Positions 39,381 through 51,872 of a stretch of DNA of 64,000 bases are shown one piece after another. The number at the start of each line of letters is the position of its first letter. Position 1 is the stretch's first letter. A model generated the notes under the pieces. It saw only the letters and a list, made by a program, of their open reading frames with translations, was not told the DNA's origin and did not search any database. The stretch is from Batkoa obscura (Eukaryota), in contig JASVEC010000019.1 in assembly GCA_030770535.1 (NCBI GenBank), forward strand, positions 434,001-498,000. Direction: 5' to 3'. The position numbers and the translations under genes were made by a program.

Positions 39381-40031
39381 ATTGATTTATACTCAATATC
39401 AATACTATCTACATGGTTGTCAAATTAATCCTCAAAGTCCATCATTTTAGTATGCTGTAAGAAATACTCAAAGTTGCGTAATTCAATTTTTAGCAACCAA
39501 AAATGGAAATTATATACCTTGAATTTTAAAGTGTCAGCTGCTGCAATTCTATTGCGACTAATTATCAATTTGAGAACAAAATTTTGCTATATTTTAAAAA
39601 ATGGCATCAAAAAAGCAAAACAAACATATAAGTGGTTCTAAAAATTACCGCAAATTTGCTCGTAATAGAGCTATAGTAGTTATATATAATTGAATTATTG
39701 TCTATGGTTATACCTTTGTAGTAGTTTATAATTTTCGACTTGGTTGGACAAGATAATTAACATTTATTAGGAGTAATGGAATTAAGGTGTGAGTCGGTAA
39801 GAAATATTGCTTATTTTATTGATGAAGAGTTGATAGTGAAAGGTTAAATGAAGTAGGAGATAAAGTTAGTACATTAAATTGATGATAAAAATGAACTAGT
39901 ATTAGAAAATAGAATAAACTATTAGATATATTCTATTGCTTTTTACTAATAAAGAGGTTATCAAATCTTATATAACCATTTGGATAACTTAAGACTATTA
40001 GATTAATGTTTAATAATTTCAAATAATGTAT

Positions 40032-40129
40032 GAGGATGTATTCTATTATTTGAGAGTTTTACTAACACTTTTTCGCTCAAATAGCGGCTTAAAAAGTGGA
40101 AAAAGTAATGAAACCAAAAAAACATCCCT
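40032..40129. mobile_element. MITE family A copy
   Basis: GAGGATGTATT...CGCTCAAATAGCGGCTTAAAAAGTGG...AAAACATCCCT. Confidence 0.82.
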
Positions 40130-40924
40130 ATCAGGTAAAATAGATATCAATCAATTTCAAGATTTGAGACTTTTATTTGTGAACATAATAAAATTAATAA
40201 CTCAATTGTTAATAATGGAGAAATAGATATAATTTTTAAAAAGTATGAAAGAAACAAAAATATAAAATAATAGAAATACAAGGTAAAGAAGTATTTACAC
40301 TTTATTGAATGTAACAATAGACTACATTGTTATTCAGTATCCAACACATCAAAAAAAGCGACATAATTCCAATTAAAGTTATAGAGTCTATAGAAAATAG
40401 AAAAACTAAAAGATCAATTCCAGCTTACCTTACGAAAATAACAGAATTTAAAATTTTCGATATTTACTAAGCAAGTAAGTAGTTTGTTAAATGATAGAAA
40501 TAGATTATTAAATGTTAATATCACTTAAGTCATTAATATATAAGTTAATAAATAGTCGAATGATAAGTAACTATAATAATATGTAAAAACTATTATTATA
40601 TTACTTGTACTATATAGGGATGATTAATTATAGTTTGGGATTAATCACTCCCTCCCGTGAAGTTATTTATTAACTTTGATATACCAATGATGCAATTACA
40701 ACATTAAAATAGTTTATTTATTTGATAACAAATCTGCAATGTTGATTATAAAGCAATCGATAATAAATGTTTCTCAATAAAGTTTCATAAAAATATGTAT
40801 TTAAGATCTAGTAGAAATTCAGCTAACTCACAGTATAAACTATAATACAATAATTTAGAACTGCGTCCGGGTACTTTTGTTCTAATAAAAAATTTGTTTT
40901 TATAGAATTTTTAAGTTTTTAAAA

Positions 40925-40975
40925 TAAAAATATTTAAAAACTGGATAAAATAATGAAGCTAATTTAGACATCCCC
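40925..40975. mobile_element. MITE family A-related right end abutting the start of the ABCB pseudogene
   Basis: AAAATAATGAAGCTAATTTAGACATCCCC-ATAT; a similar variant end (GGGTATGTCTAATTTGG) occurs at 44784. Confidence 0.6.
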
Positions 40976-41172
40976 ATATGGTCTTTCACTAACAATGAAA
41001 ATATTCTTATAGTCATCTTAGCCACCATGTATTCAATATTGATGGAGTAGCACAACCTTTAATATCTTCAATCTTTGTTATTGTATTAAACATGGTTACA
41101 ATTTATACTTCGAAATTTAAAACCGATACGGTAGGAGGAGCTAAAACATTACAATCTAATGTGAACGGCTTA

Positions 41173-42681
41173 TGTTTACAATTTGTTTGGATTGGTATAG
41201 CTACTTTAGTTACCGCTTATGGCCAAATGAGTTTATGGATGGCTGCTGGTGAATTACAAGCAGTTAGAATTCGTCACCATTATTACCGTGCTATTTTATC
41301 TCAAGAAATGGGTTGGTTTGATTCCTCCTCTTCTGGTGATATTTCTTCAAGAATTTCAGGTGATGTTAATTTAGTTCAAGAAGGTATCTCAGAAAAAATT
41401 GGTTTAATGATACAATATGTATCCACTTTTATTACTGGTTTTGTTATTGCTTTTGTCAAAGGTTGGAAATTAACTTTAGTTTTATTGGCTGTTGTCCCTT
41501 TATTAGCTGGTTGTGGTGCATTCATTGCCAAATTAATCTCTTCAAAGTCCGCTGGTGGTCAATCAGCTTATGGCGAAGCTGGTTCTATTGCTGAAGAAGT
41601 ATTTGCTGCTATTAGAACTGTCCACTCATTTGGGTCTCAAAAGCGTGAAGTTGATCGTTATGAAACTAAAATCTTTAAAGCACGTAAAGATGGATTTAGG
41701 AAAGCCATTATTACTGGATTAGGTATTGGTACTATTTTAACCATTTTATTCTTTACTTATGCTCTTGGGATGTGGTATGGTGCTAAATTGATCGATGAAG
41801 AAAACTATAGTCCAGATTCTGTATTGGCTGTTTTCTTTTCTGTATTGATTGGAGCTATGTCTATTGGTCAAGCTGCTCCTTCTTTAACTGCTCTTGCAAC
41901 TGCTCAAGGTGCAGCTGCCAAGTTATTCCAAGTAATTGAGAGGGAATCTTTAATTAACCCATTTACATGCACTGAAGAGATGAAGAGTTTACAACAAAAA
42001 GTAGGGGATTTTACTGGTAATATCAAGTTCAATGATACCCGGTTTTCTTATCCAAGTAGACCAGATATTGAAATCTTAAAGGGAATTAACTTAAATATCG
42101 ATTCTGGTACTACTGTAGCTTTGGTTGGACCTTCTGGATCTGGCAAAAGTACTACAGTTGGTTTAATTGAACGCTTTTATGATGTCAATGGAGGGTCAGT
42201 TACTATTGATGGTATTAATGTAAAAGATGTCAGTATCGAATTTTTAAGAAGTCATATTGGTATTGTTGGTCAAGAGCCTATTTTATTTGCTACTACAATT
42301 AAGCAAAATATTTTATTTGGTTTACCTAATCATGAGTACAATGTTAATATAGATAGCTCTTTACAAAAAAGAATCGAAGATGCATGTAAACTATCAAATA
42401 TTCATGAGTTTATTATGAGCTTACCTAAAGGTTATGATACGCAAGTAGGTGAAAAAGGTTCCTTATTATCTGGTGGTCAAAAACAACGTATTGCTATTGC
42501 TCGTGCTTTGATTAAAAACCCAAAGATATTACTATTAGATGAAGCTACCTCTGCTCTTGATTCTGAATCTGAAAAATTAGTACAAACTGCTATTGATAAT
42601 GCATCTAAAAGCCGTACAACGGTTGTAATTGCTCATCGTTTATCAACAATCAAAAATGCTGATAAAATTGTAGTATTTGAT
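41173..42681. repeat. ~1509-bp tract apparently identical (inverted) to 25265-26773
   Basis: Translations are identical and spot-checked nucleotides match; divergence is abrupt on both sides. Confidence 0.9.
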
Positions 42682-44186
42682 TATGGGTACATTAGAGAAG
42701 AAGGATAAATATAGCGATAAAGAAATGATTAAAGTGCGTATTGATAAGAGAAAGTCTTTAATAGTAAAAAACGAACATAGTGGTACCATTATTGACATTG
42801 ATGCTACTGGTAAATTTAGTGACTTAAACAGGATTTGAGACATTGAGGTTATTGAACTCTTAGCATGTAAAAGTATAATTCAGAAAATTAAAGTGCTAAG
42901 GGAAGAAGGATTAAAGAAATAAGCATTTCTTATGCTTTGGGTATTTATAATGGCTTCCATACAGAAAAGGTTAGTGGTTTTACTGTTTCTTGAAGCTTTA
43001 GTTAATGGTACCAGTTTGGCTGTATACTTTATTATCATAACCGGGACATTTAAAGCTTTTGTTAATATTAACGTGCCTGAAATGCACAATACTGGTGTAA
43101 ATATTTCTAACTTTTGGGCTTTAACGTTTATTGTTTTAGGTGCTATCACATCCTTTACTATGAACGCAAGGATTGTAGTTTTACAACATGTTGGTGAATC
43201 ACTAACTTATAGTGTCCATTTGAAATCACTTCAGACTTTATTAAACCAAGAGGTCTCTTAATTTGATAGCCCAATTAACAAGGCTGGTGTTCTCTATTCT
43301 AAATTTTATATCGAAGCTGAAAAAATCCAAAGTTTAATTCCTAAAGTGACAGGACCTATCATTATGACTATTTTTACTATATGTACTAGTTTAAGGATTG
43401 CCTTTGATAATGGTTGAGAATTAGTTCTAGTTGTTTTGGTATGCGCACCAGAGATTACTTTGGGTATCATATTATAGATGCGTGTATTTATCATTGTAAA
43501 TACTGAAACTAAAAAGAACTACAAGTTGGTGTCTTAGAATTACTAGTGAATCTATTTTTAATATTCTTACTATCGCTGGGTTAACAAAAAATGCATTCTT
43601 TAATAATTGTGTTGCTCATTTTAAAGTGTTTCAAAAATGTCTTTAACTGGTGCATTCAAGACTTTATTTAGTTGTTCATTATCTATGGGTTCTCCTTTCT
43701 TAATCAATGCTTTAGCTTTCTGGTATTGCACTGCTTTAGTTGTTTCTGGAGGATATTAATTTGAAGAGATCCTCCAAGTCATCACTACTGCGTCATTTAT
43801 TGGTATTGCTTTAGGACATTCTTCTTTTGAATTGACTACTTTCGTTAAGCCAAAAGTTGCAGTCATTGACTTACTTGAATTGTCAGATCATAAAATAATA
43901 TTGATTCTGATGAGGGCTGTAGTACCTGTCCATCTAAATTGATAGGTGGTTTGGAACTAAAGATGATGTATTTCCTTGTTTTACACGACTAGATGCACCT
44001 ACCCTTCAAGGTTTAGGTCTTTCTATTTTAGTCGAAAAGAAAGTAGGTTTAGTAGGTGCCTCGAGTTCTGGAAAACCTACTGCCATTAGATTAGATTAGC
44101 GGTTCTATGACTCAAACTCTGGGTCATTTCATGTAGAAGATAGAACAACACTTGCTATTGCTCATTGTCTTCTCAAAGTACAAGAT

Positions 44187-44283
44187 GGGGATGTTTTTTT
44201 TAATTTTATTATTTTTCCATTTTTAAGCACAATTTGAGTGGAAAGATTGTTAATAAAATCCTCAAATACAAAAATATATCCTC
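44187..44283. mobile_element. MITE family A copy inserted in the ABCB pseudogene with an AGAT duplication
   Basis: caAGAT-[GGGGATG...ATATCCTC]-AGATtatgattgt versus caAGATtgtgattgt in the intact paralogues. Confidence 0.9.
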
Positions 44284-44463
44284 AGATTATGATTGTATTG
44301 TAGTAATAAAGTTAGGCAAAATAGTCGAAATGGGTATCCATGAAGGATTTTTAGAGTTAAAAGGATATTGTTGTTCTTTAGCTATGTAACAACAATTGAC
44401 TAAAGAGGAGGAATATAATCTTATTCACTAATTTAACATTTTTTTGTTAATGAGTAACAGTAT

Positions 44464-44557
44464 GGAAATGTTTTTTGATTTCATTATTTTTCCATTTTTA
44501 AGCGCTATTTGAGTGGAAAGATTGTTAATAAAATTCTTAAACAAAAAACACATCCCC
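44464..44557. mobile_element. MITE family A copy
   Basis: GTAT-GGAAATGTTTTTTGATTTC...ACACATCCCC-ATAT. Confidence 0.85.
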
Positions 44558-44783
44558 ATATATATTTTTAATATCTTTGAATTTCTTTAATAAATCATGC
44601 TAGTATTTATATTTGACAAATAAATTAGGCTAATAATATATCAATATAAAATCAACTTATTTAAAAAACAGTATACTAAGATTACAATCTATATTAAGTT
44701 GTAGTATTAGTTATAAAAAATAAGTGATAACAATATAGTTTGGAGTAAATTGGTATAAAAAGTTGTTAATATTAACACTATTT

Positions 44784-44870
44784 GGGTATGTCTAATTTGG
44801 TTTCTTTGATTTTTCACTTAATGTTATTGAGTGGGAACATCATCTATAAATTTATAAACAAAATTAAATT
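44784..44870. mobile_element. Decayed MITE family A-related copy
   Basis: GGGTATGTCTAATTTGGTTTC...TTATTGAGTGGGAA...TAAACAAAA. Confidence 0.5.
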
Positions 44871-44900
44871 TCAAAATTCAACTGGTGCCCACTAAATTTC

Positions 44901-44972
44901 AAGAAGCACTGAGAAACAAACTTGGATTGCAAGGAACAAAACTTCGAATGCTAACCATTACACTAAGGATCC
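44901..44972 (-). pseudogene. tRNA-Gln(TTG) pseudogene
   Basis: Ungapped match to 38314-38385 at about 57/72 positions by hand count. Anticodon TTG is kept, the T-loop is mutated (GTTCGA to GTTTGT) and the stems are broken. Confidence 0.82.
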
Positions 44973-45127
44973 TTTATATATCTGATTCTAAAATTTTATC
45001 AAATATAAAGAAAAAATTAATTTATTTTAATATAAAATTTTAATTGTTATACACAATTTTTAATTTTTGATCAAATTTCATTTAAAATATATTAATGTTA
45101 AAAAATGTTTATTGCTCTATAATATAT

Positions 45128-45224
45128 AGGGATGTTTTTTTGTGTTTAGGAATTTTACTAACAATCTTTCCACTCAAATGGCGCTTAAAAATGGAAAAAT
45201 AATAAAATCAAAAAAAACATACCC
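45128..45224. mobile_element. MITE family A copy
   Basis: ATAT-AGGGATGTTTTTTTGTG...AAAACATACCC-ATAT. Confidence 0.85.
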
Positions 45225-45259
45225 ATATTATAAATTAACTAAATATTACTTAAATAAGT

Positions 45260-45357
45260 AGGGATATATTTTTTTTGTTTAAGAACTTTACTAGCAATCT
45301 TTTTGTTTAAATAGCACTTAAAAAATGAAAAAAGTGATAAAGCCTAAAAACATCCCC
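45260..45357. mobile_element. MITE family A copy
   Basis: AGGGATATATTTTT...AAATAGCACTTAAAAAATG...AAAACATCCCC. Confidence 0.8.
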
Positions 45358-45719
45358 AATTGTTGGTTGAATTTTTATAACTCGTCTTAACGATTAAAAT
45401 CAGTTTCATGAAATTCATCAAGAAACTCCAATATAAAAAGCCTAGGATATTTACTTTAAATGCTCGAGATTTAGTAAAACATTACATTCAAAAGTTGCTC
45501 TCATTTTTGTTTTTCTACAAAATTATAGTGGTTCTAATCGTTACCTGGAATTTTATATTTACTTTGAAACAAAAAGTATAAATAACATGACATGAAAACA
45601 TAGTTTAATTTTTTTATAAATGTTTGAATTTGAAATTTACTAATAAATAATAAGAGAAAGATAAATGAAAAGTTATTTCAGTAAGAATAAATTGAATAAT
45701 GAATAAATAGCTCTATTAG

Positions 45720-48022
45720 TTATTTTTGTCTTTTAGTGTCCATATTTTCTCTTTCTGTACCCTCTTCATTTTCTAATTCTTCATTCTTCCTTTTCAAATC
45801 TCGATTTTTTTCATCTAAAACGCCACCTAATTCCATTGGTAAACATCTTATAAGCGCTAGTAATTTAGGACTAAAATAATCAGAGCATTTATCTAAAATA
45901 GTCCAATAATCTGCTGCAGCCTGAAAATCTTTAACAGCGACTGAATAATACAATAGATGCGAAACTGCAAATTTTTGGTTATCATTTAACTCTTCAATAT
46001 GATTGAAATCGATACCTTGAAAAAAGTAGCAAGCTGCCATTTTTGAAAAGTTATCACGCATGTTTTGCGAATATTTTTGATAAATCGATCCCAACTTTAA
46101 ATTAATTTCTCTACTGTTGTTATGTTCCTTCAATTTTAAATAGCTCTTTATAGCAGTTGAATAATCTTTAATACTTTCACTAACCTGAGCTAAATATGTC
46201 CATCCATTTAAATTGTTAGGTCTAAAATGAATATTAAAGTAAACTGTCAAAGCTAAAAAACCATGATGTTTACCTGATTGACACAAGTTTGATTAGCATT
46301 GCTTCTGCTGCAAAATAATTTTTTTGGGTCAAATAGATTAAACTAAGCCCTTGGAGAGCCCTATAATCATCGGGGCTTAATACTAAAAACTTAAAAAAAC
46401 TGAATGAAAACAATAACAACTAAGCCTTACTGAGTAATGTTTCTAACGTTTTGGTAGCACTAGATATTAAATTTAGTTTAAGATAATGGTTGGCTAAATA
46501 GAATAGAGCTTGAGTTGAAGCAGGTGAAATTTTAATTGCATCAGTGAATAATTTAGTTGCTTTGCTAGCACTGTTGGAGTACGAAAGGAAATTCCCATTA
46601 ACGCACATAGACTCATAGCTATTCTCTCTAAGTCGTCTACAACGAGCTGCAAAGTTTTGTAATCCAACTGAATCATCCGTATAAATTAAGATATGCGAAT
46701 AAATTTCAGCATAATCTAAAGAGTACTTATTTTTTTCGTAGTATCTTTGAAACTCAAGTTTGCTATATTCATAATCTAAAAATAAGCCTTTAGCTATTAT
46801 TGTTTTAGTCAAATCAAACAATACCGCAATTTTTATAGTGAGCTAATGCCCTATAAATAATATAACAATCGCTATAATAAATGGTTTCATATAATAATTG
46901 ACAACTTTCTTTGTCTTGCTCATTTGATAGACTTAAATTATTTGCCATGATCATAATAAATAGATGCTTAATAAAAACATTGGGTAAGTTTGGTAGACAA
47001 TGGTAATACTAAAAAAATTGGATTAAATTTAAATATGTACAAGGAAATCTACCTCAGTTTCGTTTTTAATACTAATAGAAAGCTCTAACCAGGCGTCCCA
47101 ATTTAAAGGATATCTTTGAATAGATAACAATAGCAATTTTGATGCTAAGTCATGCCTCCTTAGCTTATTTGCTATCATTCCAAATAAATATAAAACAAAG
47201 GGATGGTTAATTATTTTATTCCCTTCATTCAAATCATCTGAGGTATCAATTATTTCATTTTCATGTTCCATCAATTCGTTGAACTCCTCTCGATAAATTT
47301 TAAAATAATCTATTTGTAAATTTTCATTGTTTGCTACAATTTGTTAACATTTATTGCTAAAATATAGATTACAAACCACCTTCCAAAACTTTTACCCCGG
47401 TCCATATTTTGTGAGTTTTGAGCTAAAAATATAAACTTCAAAGTTTTAAAAAATAATAAAACAAACCTACTTCAATCCTAGATAAAATATAATAATAATA
47501 AAGCACAGGGTTGCTAAAATAATTCTTCTTTAATTCGGACACAATACTTTGATGATCCCCATTTTCAAATTTGTCAATTATCCTACTTACTGCTTTTTCA
47601 GTTGCTAATTGTTTTTCAAAAATTCCTTTATAGCTTTTAACCCAGCTTTCTTCTGTTCCATCTTCTATACTGTAAAATTTTAATTTTAATCTTCCAAGTC
47701 CTCTCTCGATTTTAACTTTATCTTCTTCAATTATATTAATGGGTTCAGTTTCGCTTTTAATTTCTCCATCAATTTTTAAAATTTTATTTCCGAACTTCGC
47801 TTCTTTCTCTTGAGTTTCTCTATACTTACAGTAATGATTTAACTCTGAAGCCATATCTTTTAATCTAAAGAAAAAGATATTAATTTATCAACATTAAACG
47901 TTCAGCTTTATAGACACATACACCTCATTGGTTTTAACTAATCCAAATTTTTTATTGATATTAAATCCTTTCTTAAGCCCTGATATTACTTTTTTGAGAC
48001 TGTCTGTATTGAATCCTACCAT
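45720..48022 (-). CDS. Divergent CDC23/APC8-like TPR protein, multi-exon (exon boundaries only partly resolved)
   Basis: Successive exons give PFVLYLFGMI..LLLSIQRYPLNWDAWLEL, YSLDYAEIYSHIL..ESMCVNGNFLS, PDDYRALQGL and RPNNLNGWTYLAQ, collinear with recalled APC8 motifs (FLLYLYG..NWSAWLEL, YRLDDMDTYSNIL, ETCCIIGNYYS, PRDYRAWYGLG, RPYDSRMW). Confidence 0.7.
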
Positions 48023-51000
48023 GATAAACTTGAAAAAAAAACAATGCAAAAATTTCAATTGATTTCCATTAATGAAGTGGATTTCAACACACCACAGATC
48101 TAGTCTTTAATTGGCTCGGCTTTTTGCAATCCTCGGTTCAACCCTATTCACATTTTATTGGCTTAAATAAATCACTAAGGGATAGATTATTGTATCATTT
48201 TTTATGCTTCAGACTTATTTACTACTTACAATACTGCTCTAATATAAAAATATCATACTGAGAGTTGACATTAAATATAATAAAACCTCAATCTAAAACC
48301 AAATGACAATATCTTTATATTTGCTAAAGTTTTACAAAAAATGACATATAATGATGTATTTTGCTAACTGCAGTTCTAATTTGTAAATTATATCCTTTCT
48401 GGAGAATTAAAGAATAGATTGAAATAGGATGGATAGACCTTTTGTTTGAGAGGAAATTCAAGATTATATCACATAATAAACTTGTTTTAGTACATCCTTT
48501 TTAGAATGTTTAACTCTTACTTAATGCAATTATAAAGTACTTTTAACTTTTTAGGTTGATTATTTTTTCTAGAAATAAGTATCTAAACCAATTTTTACTA
48601 ACTTAATTTGATAGTTATTTTAGATTTAGATTTATTCTTTTTGCTATTTAATAGTACTACTTACTAAAAGTTATACCTTTTTTATCGACTTGTAGCGTTG
48701 GAATTGTAAAAATACTTATTGATATGGATAAGGTAACTTTTAAAAACACTTGGAAAGTATCACTTAAAATAATCACATAATATATTACTATAATAGCTAC
48801 ATTATGAATGTTTATAAAATGTAAGAAATAATTCAATGAGTATGAAAATAATATATACTTCAAAATATGACGTTAATTATTAAAAAAATATAAAAATCTG
48901 TAAGGCAATCAATAGAGGTTAAGTAATCTAGAATTAAACCAGAAATTTACTTTAGCCAGTTCTTTAAATAGAAACTTTCTATTTAAATATAATGTTTCAA
49001 AATATACTTGTTTTCACCTTAAATATTTGAGTGTTACCTGTAAATTTTCCATAACGATTCTTTGCTTTAATAAATTCGGCTATACTCAAATATAATTTTC
49101 TTGTATCATTTAAGTGTCAATGCTTAGCTGCTTAAAGATAACTTCTATTTTTGCTGATAGTAGGGTTTATAAACTATAGATTTATTGTAATAAGGGTAAG
49201 TAGTAAATATATAATCAATTAAGTTGAAAAACGCAATGTTCAAAACAGTAAATATCATTATATAAACGCTATTAAATAGTAAATTTTAAATCGAGCTATT
49301 TTGTTTATCTAAAGTGTGTATAATCCAAAAAGGTTAGTAGGGGGTTTACATAAAAAAATGAGAAGGAAGGGGTAAATTTATTTCAACAGCAATCATATAA
49401 AACCAAAAGAGATCAAGAATATAAATTTGAGAACCAGAAATGTATTCATAAGTAACACTTTAAACTATTCAAGGGTGATCTTAACTATTGTGAAAAAGTC
49501 TAAACACCTTTTAATGAAGGAAGCCATTTTTCGAAGTTTCAAATTTTATAAAAATATTGATATTAAAACTATGATTATAAAAAAGCGTGTTTTACGACAT
49601 ATACAAATATATTTAAAAAAATCACAGCTATTAATAGTTTTTTTAACAATTTTTGTTAAATTTATCCTTGGATTTATTAAAAATTATTTAAATAATAGTT
49701 AAGATAAAAGCCTGAATTCAAAGAAAAATAACATAATTCAGATAAATTTAGTCAAAATGAATAAATGTTTGTGAAAGCAAAACAAGTTTTTGTTTCTATA
49801 TTTTAAATTAATAAAGGACTTTCATAAATTGTTAAGCCTAATCTTTGTTTTTGATTAATGATAGTATTTTACAGCTGTCATATTTTTTGTAAGCTATTTA
49901 ATAGTATATCTAAGAGTAAAGTTTATCATAAAAATTTATTAATATATATGGTACAAGCGTTCAAAAATTGGCTATCGAATTATTTAACTGTAAAAATTAC
50001 TATAATTTATTTTGAAAAAGAGATGAAACATCTACATGCTATTCCAGTTTTTTATATATGAATAGGGTCAACTGATAGCTTATGTAGGGGGGCATCAGCA
50101 ATAATAATAAAACACAAGCTGAACCTATAAAAAATAAAACTATTATATGAAATTACTATTTAAATTTTCCTAGATCTTTTGGTTTTTTTAAATTAAGCTT
50201 CCTGTTAGCTTCATGATTTTGTGCACATTTAAATTTTTGGCACTTTTATTAAAGTATAACTAAAAAGCCTGACTTCGTACATATTTGAACATTTTCAGAC
50301 CTTTTTGGCATATTCTACTAAATATTTGTCAGTAAGTAAAGTACATACCTATATATTACAAGAAATTTTATACTATCTAACTTTCAACTATAGTAGTTGC
50401 TTATATAATTGCTCAAAAATTGCTTTTTAACTAGCCTTCCTTTAGATACACAAAGTTTCAGCTCTTTTGAGAACTTTCTAACTGTTCATTTAAGAGTAAA
50501 ACTTATACTAAAGTTTAGCTAAAAAATATAGATTAGACATTAAAGAACACTAGTGAGATGAATAATTTTACTATAAAATTATCACCGAAAGTTTGAAAAA
50601 GAGCTGCAACAGCTATATCATTGGTTAAGCAAATAAAATTTGAGTCTTAGTAAATATGAGAAAAAGCTTACCAAATTTAAGCAGATGCTTTTTATATTAT
50701 GAATAACAACAGAGAGTGCCAAATAATTTACATTAATGATTATTTTGTGCCAAGGTGGCATATACTTGTTGATAGATTAACTAGGAATTACAATACAAAT
50801 ATCATTGGGAGTAAATATTGATGTAGCATTAAAATGAATGGTTTAGCTTAAAATTTTATATAAACCGATTGTCTGATAATATGACAATTAAACGATTACA
50901 AAACTATATTAAGTTTTTAGTTAACCATATTACGGAGCAATGGCTGTTATCCTTTTAATCTGACTCTAATTAATAGAACATGTTAAATTTTATTCGATAT

Positions 51001-51872
51001 AGATCCTTTATTAAAAATAGCTTTTTATCAAAAGAATTAGTCAAAGTTATAATAAGTGTCACTAAATCAGTTAAAGTTAATGTCAAAGGGAGCAAGGGAT
51101 AGTAAAAGTATGGAAAGAAAATTATCACAGATAAACGATAATATTAAATTTAATAAAAATGGAATGGAATGAAATGGATAGAATACATTTACTAATTAAA
51201 GCTAACCTTTATTCATAATGAATTTTAAAAAGAAAACCATAAAGTTTATATAGAAATTCCAATTCGAGATTTATTTTAAATAATTAAATTATAAATTAAA
51301 TAACGTTTATTATATAATTAGTACCTTTTATTCCAAGTTTTTTTATAATTTAATATCACATTTATTATTTATCTTGATTTCTAATGTAGGATGATATAAT
51401 TTAAGGTTTTCAAATGAACTTTACAAAAAAGTATTTAGTAGCTAGCACTATAAAAGTAAAATGAAATAATTAAACCATACAAAAAAGGATGCTAATAATT
51501 GAACAAAAAAATGATACAATAAAGTAACAGAAATCTTCTTTTTATTTTTTTATATCACAATAATAAACTGGTATATGAAATTATATTCTAAAGATTTAAG
51601 CACTAAATATAGAAATTATTGTGGGATAGATTGGCATTATTTACTCCTTAAACAGCTCAATAACACGAGAGCTTTCAGTTGAACTTTTATGAATAAGAAA
51701 TAGGGGAGGCAGAGACAAAATAATAAATCAAGTATTCATATTAAATACTAATAAAAAATAAATAATGTTATTATTAACCACTTTCTAGTTTGGCTAAAAA
51801 GTATAAATACTTTTCAATTTGCGATTTTTAAAAAATAAACAACTTTGATTTTTTTTAACTATTAAAATTAAA

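Larger units (their letters stand above)
40976..44416 (+). pseudogene. ABCB/MDR pseudogene, paralogue of 23174-27067
   Basis: Homology runs from WSF..DGVAQPL to LTKEEE. There is a frameshift near 41040, many stops and frameshifts after 42706, a 372-bp NBD2 deletion at ~44140 and a MITE insertion at 44187. The central 41173-42681 tract is intact. Confidence 0.92.

Noticed and set aside
42932..43261. 109-aa membrane-protein ORF
   Set aside because: Fragment of TMD2 of the ABCB pseudogene, not an independent gene.
48657..50061. Short AT-rich ORFs (also 6492, 27107, 29594, 32710, 53400, 56269, 56411, 57497)
   Set aside because: F/I/L/K/N-biased composition typical of random AT-rich frames, with no recognisable motifs.
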